Source of the DNA: Promethearchaeota archaeon
Lineage (GTDB): Archaea; Asgardarchaeota; Lokiarchaeia; Sigyniarchaeales; SOKP01
NCBI GenBank assembly: GCA_008080735.1
Contig: SHMW01000042.1
Location: 1 to 34,999 of the forward strand
Reading direction: 5' to 3'
DNA length: 34,999 bases
The notes under the pieces are model-generated. The model had not been told where the DNA came from. It searched no databases and was given only the letters and a program-made list of their open reading frames with translations. Each line of letters starts with the position of its first letter. Within the stretch, counting starts at the first letter, position 1. This document shows, piece after piece, positions 27,660-34,999 of this stretch. The position numbers and the translations under genes were made by a program.

Positions 27660-27934
27660 TATGAATATAAAAAATTTATATTTTCACTTATTATTTTTAT
27701 ATAGCATCTCTTACGCCCTCATTATAGTGGGAAAAAATCTGAAAATTTAAGGTTCGGATTTTATGTGATAGTAAGCAATTTAAATTTTGTTTGATTAGTT
27801 ATTTTTAATCATCCAATTAAATCTTATATGTTTGAAATTCAATATTAAATTTGATTTTCCATACATATTTTCAGAATCAAAACAGCACAAGTCCTATATT
27901 AATTTTTTAAATCACATATCATATCTTATTTATA

Positions 27935-29470
27935 ATGAGTAAATGGAACAGAATTCTATTAGTTAATGCGAATTATAAAACCAGTGGTTATGACTTTTAT
28001 GATTCTGCATTCCCCCCATTAGCCTTAGAATACATCGCCGCCTATGTAAAAGACATCGCTGATGTCGACATCTTGGATACTAAAGCAGAGGGTCTTAACT
28101 TTCGGCAATACTACGATCGTCTAAAAGAATATAACCCCGATATAGTCGGATTCACGGTCCCTGTGACTAGTGCGATCAATCATGTATTGGAATATGCAAA
28201 AATTGCAAAAAAAATGGGATTTACCACCATTATAGGTGGATGGCATCCTACACTCGCGGTTGAGCAAACACTCTCATCTCCATGGATTGATATCTTAGTA
28301 CGGGGAGAAGGTGAATTTACATTTCGAGAATTGATTCAAAATGAGTCTCCTAAAGATGTAAAGGGATTATCATACAAAGAGAACGGAAAGCTCATACATA
28401 ATCCTGATCGTCCGTTCATGAAGAATTTAGACACATTAAGATTTCCAGCAAGACATTTAGTGAGAGAAAACGATTATAAGATTTTCAATCTAAATTGTGA
28501 TGCTATTGAAACTTCACGTGGATGCCCTCAAGGATGTAAATTCTGTAGTACTCATGTTGTGTATAAAAGAAGTTGGCGACCTCGATCAGTCGAAAATGTG
28601 ATGAAGGAATTAGAACTTATATCAAAGAATAAGAAAATTGAGGATGTTTTTTTAGTTGACGACAATATCTTAGTCGATATGAATCGAATGAAGAAATTGT
28701 GCATAGCCATCATTAAAGCCAAAAACGAGGGGAGAATTAGAAAGAATTTGTATTTCTTTTTCCAAGGAAGACTTGACTCGATGGCTAGATATCCAGAAAT
28801 CACCAAATTGATGGGAAAAGCAGGTTTCTGGCTCGTTTTAGTAGGTGTAGAAGCCACGGATGATGAGAACTTGAAAAAGGTTCAGAAAGGTTGTAAAATT
28901 AATCAAATCGAAAGAGGGATTGAAGTTCTTCATGAATGCGGGATTGTAGTGATGGGCAATGTGATTATTGGAATAAATTTAGATGATGATGTGGAAACAG
29001 TACTTCATACCATCAGAAAAACTAGTGAGTTAACTCTAGATCTACCTAGCTTTACTCTATTAACTCCATTTCCCGCAACGGGTTTTTATAAAGAGATGAA
29101 AGAAAAGAATTTGCTATTGACGGAGGATTATTCTAAATTTAATTGGCTCAACCCAGTTATCAAAACCCCTAATTTTAGTCCAGAAATTCTCCAGAGATTG
29201 CTCTTTTTTGGGTTTTATTATGTTTCATATTATGGGGGAGGATATAAAAATAAATTAAAACTGCTTAAAAAAGTAATAAAAAAGCGCGGGATTAAGTTTA
29301 TTCTCAACCCAGGAAGAATTTATAGAGGAATAAAGGCTTATTTTGGATGGAGAAGGATTGTCCTGAATAACTTAAGCCAAATCGAAGAAGCAATTAGTAA
29401 AAAAATGCGAGTCAGAGACGTCTCGAGGGATAAAAAGCTAAAAAAAGCTATAATAATGGAATCAATCTGA
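27935..29470 (+). CDS. Cobalamin-binding radical SAM enzyme (paralogue 1)
   Basis: B12-binding domain PPLALEYIAAY...GGWHPT...RGEGE; ETSRGCPQGCKFC (CX3CX2C); DDN; LTPFP. Confidence 0.9.
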   Translation: MSKWNRILLVNANYKTSGYDFYDSAFPPLALEYIAAYVKDIADVDILDTKAEGLNFRQYYDRLKEYNPDIVGFTVPVTSAINHVLEYAKIAKKMGFTTIIGGWHPTLAVEQTLSSPWIDILVRGEGEFTFRELIQNESPKDVKGLSYKENGKLIHNPDRPFMKNLDTLRFPARHLVRENDYKIFNLNCDAIETSRGCPQGCKFCSTHVVYKRSWRPRSVENVMKELELISKNKKIEDVFLVDDNILVDMNRMKKLCIAIIKAKNEGRIRKNLYFFFQGRLDSMARYPEITKLMGKAGFWLVLVGVEATDDENLKKVQKGCKINQIERGIEVLHECGIVVMGNVIIGINLDDDVETVLHTIRKTSELTLDLPSFTLLTPFPATGFYKEMKEKNLLLTEDYSKFNWLNPVIKTPNFSPEILQRLLFFGFYYVSYYGGGYKNKLKLLKKVIKKRGIKFILNPGRIYRGIKAYFGWRRIVLNNLSQIEEAISKKMRVRDVSRDKKLKKAIIMESI

Positions 29471-29477
29471 TGTGATT

Positions 29478-30941
29478 ATGGCTTACAATAAATCTCATTC
29501 TTTAAATTGGAATAAGATCTTGTTAATAAAGCCCAATTTTCATTCAATCGGATGGGATTTTTATAATATGAATTTCCCGCCAATATCCTTAACATATATC
29601 GCATCTTATCTTGAAGATCTTCCAGTTGAGATAAAAATTCTCGATTCAAAGTTGAAAAATCTTAGTCATAATCAGATTAAAAAGAGAATTAGAGAATATA
29701 ATCCCGATATCGTGGGAGTATCTGTATTCGTCTCAGCTGCGATTAATGAATGTTTTAGAATTGGACAATCAGTAAAGGAGATTGATCATAAAATACCCGT
29801 GGTATTCGGTGGACGTCATCCCACTTTTGAAGTAAGCGAAACTTTAAAAAACGAATATGTTGACATAATTGTCCGGGGTGAGGGAGAATTAACTTTTCGG
29901 GAAATGATTTCAAAAGGTAGCTGCGAAGGAATAAAAGGAGTATCATATAAAAAAAATGGAAGAATAATTCATAACCCTGATAGAGAATTGATGAGCAAAC
30001 AAGAATATTCGAATATACGACTACCTGCCCGTCATTTAACTAATGGTAATAAATATAAAATGCTTACTGTTCGCTTGGAAACGGTCGAAACATCTCGTGG
30101 ATGCCCTTATAGTTGTAAGTTTTGTACGACTTGGAAAATAAATAATCGCACCTGGCGCTCTCGACCGATTCGTAAAATAATAGAAGAATTAATGCTCATT
30201 TCTCAAAATAAACGTATAACAGACATATTTTTAGTTGATGATGAACTCTCTGCGAATACTAAACGAGTTGAGCGATTATGCGAGCAAATAATATATTTTA
30301 AGGATAAAGGACTGATTAATGATTTTAAATTTTTTGCCCAAATCAGAGTGGATGATATTGTCCGTTCCCCTTCAATGGTCGAGAAAATGGCTGAGGCAGG
30401 ATTTTGGGCAGTATTTATCGGAATCGAGAGCATCGATGAGGAGTCCCTTAAGGAAATGCGAAAACAAATAACCTTTGAGAAAGTGCTCAAAGCGCTCAAG
30501 ATACTAGATAAAAATAGTATCCTTTCTATAGGAAATTTGATTATTGGGGTAAATTTACATGACACTCGTGAAGATATTATTCGCCAAATAGAAGTAATGA
30601 AAGACACGGATGTTGATATAATCAGTTTCGTGATACTAACACCCTTTCCAGGAAGCGATACGCTTGAGGAGATGGACGAGAAAAGTCTTCTTATTTCAAA
30701 AAACTGGTCGAGATACACAGTTATGGAACCAGTTATAAAAACCTATGAATTAAGTCCGGGAGATTTATATGAGCTTCTCTATCTCTCGTTTAGAGAATTA
30801 AAGTATATAAATAATGCTCGAAAAATAGTGAGAAAAGCACGGAGAAAAAGAGGATTGCGTTTTTTGCTCAATCCATTTAGACTCATTTCAGTTATAAAAT
30901 CATATATGGAAATGAGGGCTCTATTTCAAGATGTTAGCTGA
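29478..30941 (+). CDS. Cobalamin-binding radical SAM enzyme (paralogue 2)
   Basis: PPISLTYIASY...GGRHPT...RGEGE; ETSRGCPYSCKFC; GIES; LTPFPGS. Start is ATG 29478 or GTG 29472. Confidence 0.9.
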   Translation: MAYNKSHSLNWNKILLIKPNFHSIGWDFYNMNFPPISLTYIASYLEDLPVEIKILDSKLKNLSHNQIKKRIREYNPDIVGVSVFVSAAINECFRIGQSVKEIDHKIPVVFGGRHPTFEVSETLKNEYVDIIVRGEGELTFREMISKGSCEGIKGVSYKKNGRIIHNPDRELMSKQEYSNIRLPARHLTNGNKYKMLTVRLETVETSRGCPYSCKFCTTWKINNRTWRSRPIRKIIEELMLISQNKRITDIFLVDDELSANTKRVERLCEQIIYFKDKGLINDFKFFAQIRVDDIVRSPSMVEKMAEAGFWAVFIGIESIDEESLKEMRKQITFEKVLKALKILDKNSILSIGNLIIGVNLHDTREDIIRQIEVMKDTDVDIISFVILTPFPGSDTLEEMDEKSLLISKNWSRYTVMEPVIKTYELSPGDLYELLYLSFRELKYINNARKIVRKARRKRGLRFLLNPFRLISVIKSYMEMRALFQDVS

Positions 30942-30999
30942 TATTCTATAATTTACTAAATTATAAAAAATAAACATAGATAGGAAAACCCATCTGAAT

Positions 31000-31524
31000 T
31001 TACTTACTTTTTAGTTGAGTATATCTTTCCATAGCGTCAAGTAAATATTCCTTGGCGACTTCTTTTGGAAACCATCCCTTCACTGTAGTAGTTTTTCCTT
31101 CTTCTAATTCCTTATAACGTTTAAAAAATTGAGTCATTTCTTTTAGAAAGCCTTCTTGAACATCTTCGATGTCAAGGGTGTCTTCGAAAAAGGGGTCATT
31201 ATATGGAACTGCTAAAATTTTATTATCTTCTCCTTGTTCATCCCGCATTTTCAACATACCGAGTGGTCTAACAGTTACGACACATCGAGGATCTATTGGA
31301 AAACGGGACCAAACGAGTACGTCCAGAGCATCCCCATCTTTTGCTTGAGTTTGTGGTATGAATCCATAATTTGTTGGATATGTGAGAGATGAATGAAGAA
31401 CCCGATCCAAAATTAGGAGCTCATCATGCATCTCATATTTGTTGCGAGATTCTCTTGGAATTTCGATTACCGCACGAAAAATCTCCGGAACATTCTCTCC
31501 AATATCAATATCATGATAATTCAT
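31000..31524 (-). CDS. ppa: Family I soluble inorganic pyrophosphatase
   Basis: IEIP..SRNKYE, LDRVL, YPTNYGFIPQT, DGDALDVL, MRDEQGEDNKILAVP, FFKRYKELE. Confidence 0.95.
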   Translation of the reverse strand: MNYHDIDIGENVPEIFRAVIEIPRESRNKYEMHDELLILDRVLHSSLTYPTNYGFIPQTQAKDGDALDVLVWSRFPIDPRCVVTVRPLGMLKMRDEQGEDNKILAVPYNDPFFEDTLDIEDVQEGFLKEMTQFFKRYKELEEGKTTTVKGWFPKEVAKEYLLDAMERYTQLKSK

Positions 31525-31687
31525 TTAGTATGTGAGCACCTAATTAATATGCTTAAAAGATTTAGGAATTGTTTTATTCATAGTGGATCTAATTATTTGC
31601 AGTTTAAAAATTATAGTTGGAATAAATATAGATCTAGAGTGAAATTTGGAATTGTTTCAAAGTAAACCTAAGCGAGTTTTTCAGAGA

Positions 31688-32389
31688 TCACAAACATAAA
31701 GACACAAAGTTTGAGATTAGTATTTGTCCAGCAATTTTTGCGTAATCGATTATTTCATCCTCAATATAAGGAGGGTAATGAAAATTGGCTATGTGATTTT
31801 CAGGATGAAATTGAACTGAATAAATAGGTTTTTTCTTATGCTTCATATATTGAACAGTTTCATATCCATCAACCGATAAATTTGCATTAATGTCAAAATG
31901 TTTTCGAAGATTTTCATCATATGGCACTACATAATCTTTATGATTGAGATTGACATAAATTTCATTTACAGTAATTAATTCATCAGATTTTTGTAATTCT
32001 AATTTGAAAATATCATTATTCACTGCTCTATAACTCATCCTTTTAACTTTCGCTCCAAACGCATACGCAGCTAACTGATGACCAAAGCAAATTGCTAGAA
32101 TGGGCTTTTTATATTTCCTAATTAACTCTATTTCGGGAATAAATCGTGATTCCATCGAAGAATTTGAGGAAAAGCTGGATACGTTTAAGCTCGAGCCTGT
32201 TAGAATTAATCCTATGCTTTTATTTAATGTTTTTTTATCAATATCAGAATATTGGATTATTTTAGCTTTAACGGTAGGATACTCGAGCTTTATAAGATTC
32301 TCTAATCGTCTAATTCTTTCAGGTTTATATCCCCCAGGATAATTGTTGATGATATAAATTGTTTTCTCCCTGTTTAAACACCCTTCCAA
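31688..32389 (-). CDS. Class I glutamine amidotransferase-like protein (GATase or gamma-glutamyl hydrolase)
   Basis: GLILTGS, nucleophile elbow PILAICFGHQ, catalytic VQFHPE. Start (TTG) is uncertain. Confidence 0.85.
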   Translation of the reverse strand: MEGCLNREKTIYIINNYPGGYKPERIRRLENLIKLEYPTVKAKIIQYSDIDKKTLNKSIGLILTGSSLNVSSFSSNSSMESRFIPEIELIRKYKKPILAICFGHQLAAYAFGAKVKRMSYRAVNNDIFKLELQKSDELITVNEIYVNLNHKDYVVPYDENLRKHFDINANLSVDGYETVQYMKHKKKPIYSVQFHPENHIANFHYPPYIEDEIIDYAKIAGQILISNFVSLCL

Positions 32390-32485
32390 GCGTGTTTTAA
32401 AACCATTCCAAATGTTTCTGATTTTCTCAATAAAATTTTTTAGAGAAATAAAATATCTTCACCCATATATTCCTTTTAATTTGAA

Positions 32486-33958
32486 TCAAAATCCTAATCC
32501 GCTAAATAAGCGTCTTGTTAGATAATCAGTTTCCGATAAACTATTCAAAATTTTATCATTCTCCTTTAGTGGAATTTTTAAACCTTGAACTTCTAAAATA
32601 TTAATTACAGAAATATTTTTGAAAGTGGTTATAATACCATCCTTTTCTTCATAAGACAAATTATAATCACTAGAAAGATTTCCATGAACTCGGGCACCTC
32701 CCTTTACCTTGTACCTATTCCCTCTATCATCCTCTACAATTCGAGAATCTCCTAACCTAATCTCTACATAACCTTGTCCTCTTCTACGTAATTTTTCAAA
32801 ATCTCTTGTTCTAAAATCAATATTGATTCTTTTCTGAAGCGGTTCTTTTGTGAGTTTTTCTTCTGGTGGTGATTGGATTTTGATATCCATATATTTTTGA
32901 TATTCATTTATTTCCTTAAACCATCTCTTCACACTCTCAGATATTAATTCAATTGACCCATTTCCTCTTTTGAATTCTGCTTTATGGCCGTCTCTTATTG
33001 CGGCTTTAAGATTTGTTTCATGATAAGCATCTTTCAAGATTTTTCCAGTTGAATTCAAATAAAGCGCATGATATGCAGATGCGCAACATAAATATGCTAA
33101 ATCCAAAATATCTTGCAAATCTTGTTGTACATCAATAATTCTAATTTCAACCCTGTTCCTTGAGGGAGAATCATCTTTATCCTCACCAATATTCGAAGAT
33201 GGCCCTCGAGGGCTAATATCCACTAGTCTCGCTCCCCGTGAGTTTGCTATAACACTCTTTTCAAATTCATCTTCGCCTGATCCAATTCTAAGATTATAAC
33301 GTAGCCTTCCATAATATTGCATTTGAACCAAAGCAGGTCCTTTCTCAGGTTGTTTAAACTTCGCATATCCGTTTGGTTTTAAAACATTGCTTTTCACACA
33401 CCTATTACTGGCTATTCCTGTTTCTTCTCCTTGATAAATAGGAGAATTAGCAGATATTCCAATAATTTCTGGTAAATAGTTCCACAAATAATTGTATACT
33501 GCCCTTAATTCTTTTGGTTTCATCACATAATGTTTTTCATGGATTGATACGTTAATATGTGTTCCTACTATTGGATTTGGATTAGATTGAATTGGATGGA
33601 GGCTTTGGGCAAATATTTTTACTCCAAGTTTAGATGCTGCATCGGCTAATAATTTTCTTCCTATTTTGGTTGCTTCTTCCAATTCAGCAGGAGGCAGAGG
33701 TAAAGTGACATATTCTATTTGAGACGGGGAGGGCTCTGGGTCTAAACTTCTGATTTTCAATTTCACCGATTCTAATAGGTCTTCGTTTCTACTTAAGAAT
33801 TCAGCAACAGTTTCCATTAAATCATCTGCTACCTCAACTAATGTACCGTCTTTATTTATTATGAAAAACTCCTCCTCAATTCCACATAAAACCTCGTAAT
33901 CATTAAACGGAAACTCATCAATATCCTGCGTTTTTTCGTAGAACAACATATAATTCAT
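32486..33958 (-). CDS. Glutamate-cysteine ligase family 2 (GCS2/YbdK-like) carboxylate-amine ligase with a C-terminal extension
   Basis: GIEEEFFII, QIEYVT, GTHINVS, LPEIIGISANSPIYQG..TGIASNR, RVEIRIIDVQ. Confidence 0.82.
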   Translation of the reverse strand: MNYMLFYEKTQDIDEFPFNDYEVLCGIEEEFFIINKDGTLVEVADDLMETVAEFLSRNEDLLESVKLKIRSLDPEPSPSQIEYVTLPLPPAELEEATKIGRKLLADAASKLGVKIFAQSLHPIQSNPNPIVGTHINVSIHEKHYVMKPKELRAVYNYLWNYLPEIIGISANSPIYQGEETGIASNRCVKSNVLKPNGYAKFKQPEKGPALVQMQYYGRLRYNLRIGSGEDEFEKSVIANSRGARLVDISPRGPSSNIGEDKDDSPSRNRVEIRIIDVQQDLQDILDLAYLCCASAYHALYLNSTGKILKDAYHETNLKAAIRDGHKAEFKRGNGSIELISESVKRWFKEINEYQKYMDIKIQSPPEEKLTKEPLQKRINIDFRTRDFEKLRRRGQGYVEIRLGDSRIVEDDRGNRYKVKGGARVHGNLSSDYNLSYEEKDGIITTFKNISVINILEVQGLKIPLKENDKILNSLSETDYLTRRLFSGLGF

Positions 33959-34090
33959 ATATTATGGTGATTGGTAATTAGAACAACTATTTATTGCTAA
34001 AAAATTTTAATTTTAAAAATTATAAAAAACACTTTCAATACATAAAAGAGTAGTTTCTTTGATTAGGAATAAAAGAAAATGGGAGTTATT

Positions 34091-34813
34091 TTACGAAATT
34101 AGCAGATTTTCAACCCATCGAGGTAAAATAAATCCCATGTAGAATAGTATAGAGCTAATTAGTAAAAGAATTCTTGAAATCATATTAATTACAAAATCAC
34201 TATACGTAAACAGAGAGTCAAGAATGGCTCCAATTGTAAATAATATAAACGCAATTAAAAGCAACTTTCCTTTCATTTTTATTCTTTTATCCTCTGATTG
34301 ATAGGCTTGACCAGCGAAAAGTAATCCACTAACTAACACGAATATTAAACTACCTAAAAGAATTATATCATTATATATGGAACTATAATGATATTTGGTG
34401 TGCGGATTAAGATCTGTAAAGTAACTATAGAAAAGCAAGATATCTAACACCGAGAATAGGATAGCAGATACCATCAAAATAATATAGGTATTATTTCTCC
34501 GTAATCCAAGCAATCTACTAAACGCAATAAGCCACATTATTGCTGGAATTGGAATTATCCCAACCGTCAAGATTAAATTAACTGTTATAATGGTGGGAGT
34601 GAGGTCATCATAAAGGAGGAAATAAATAAAGCGATATGCATCTGCGATCCAGAGAAATGCCAAACCAATCCAGGCAATTCCAACCAATAAAGTCTCCCAA
34701 GATTTTGTTGATCTGTATTTTGAGGCAATTATAAGTCCGATTACCATATTAACGAATACAAATAACAGACTAAGAAAACTTTGAATAAAATCTGTGATTA
34801 TTATTATTGACAT
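34091..34813 (-). CDS. Stand-alone ~7-TM membrane protein
   Basis: About seven hydrophobic helices, no soluble output domain, C-terminal YMGFILPRW. ATG at 34813. Confidence 0.7.
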   Translation of the reverse strand: MSIIIITDFIQSFLSLLFVFVNMVIGLIIASKYRSTKSWETLLVGIAWIGLAFLWIADAYRFIYFLLYDDLTPTIITVNLILTVGIIPIPAIMWLIAFSRLLGLRRNNTYIILMVSAILFSVLDILLFYSYFTDLNPHTKYHYSSIYNDIILLGSLIFVLVSGLLFAGQAYQSEDKRIKMKGKLLLIAFILFTIGAILDSLFTYSDFVINMISRILLLISSILFYMGFILPRWVENLLIS

Positions 34814-34999
34814 CAACTAAAAACCCGTTATAATATTATATTAAATTTTAATTATGCTAAATATATATAAATTTTTATTGACAAATACTTATCAAGTATT
34901 ATTAGAAATCATAAGCTATAATTAGATTTTTAAAGTTAAGTTAATTCTAAAAATTAGATTTTCCTAATAGATTGGAAAAATGAAATGATATAATCTTTT

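Noticed and set aside
27660-27700. ATGA-ATATAAA-AAA-TTTATAT hairpin after nfu as a second SECIS
   Set aside because: There is no 3' GA to complete the core, the stem is AT-only, and nfu has a normal CxxC with no in-frame UGA. It is more likely a terminator region.
29468-29480. UGA read-through fusing the two radical SAM genes
   Set aside because: The second gene is in a different frame, and read-through meets TAA within a few codons.
32390-32466. N-terminal extension of the GATase through an in-frame TGA at 32459-32461
   Set aside because: The TGA is not in a Cys-motif context and no SECIS follows the gene. Start-site ambiguity explains it more simply.
1-34999. Genome-wide UGA reassignment (alternative genetic code)
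   Set aside because: Many intact genes end in TGA at their expected C-termini (e.g. 9575, 10834, 11972, 29470, 30941, 32486), and Trp and Cys use normal codons.

Overview
AT-rich archaeal DNA that very probably comes from an Asgard archaeon (Lokiarchaeia-like). The evidence is a Rag/Gtr-type GTPase, an MglA-type GTPase, an arrestin-fold protein, a PCI-like protein, a surface protein with a cytoplasmic longin/roadblock-like tail, and a eukaryote-type SECIS. The main feature is a ~10 kb minus-strand redox operon at 6004-15980, which the ORF track breaks into fragments: hdrA(Sec) - mvhD(Sec) - [SECIS] - frhB-like - frhB-like - hdrD-like CCG protein - double-length hdrA(Cys) - mvhD(Cys). Reading through TGA restores a full-length 653-aa HdrA with 4 in-frame UGA codons and a 148-aa MvhD/VhuD with 2. 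All six fall on Fe-S-motif Cys positions that are Cys in the paralogues within the same operon. One AUGA...AAA...GA hairpin directly after mvhD is the only SECIS-like element I found, and it would have to serve all six UGAs across two cistrons. The rest of the window holds an MFS/GPH transporter, a DUF998-like pair, a HEAT protein, a third FrhB-like protein, a HAD hydrolase, a KduI/IolB-like cupin, Nfu, two B12-radical SAM enzymes, ppa, a GCS2 ligase plus class I GATase pair, and membrane proteins. No rRNA, tRNA, CRISPR array or mobile element was recognised. All family calls come from motif recognition by eye; no database searches were run.
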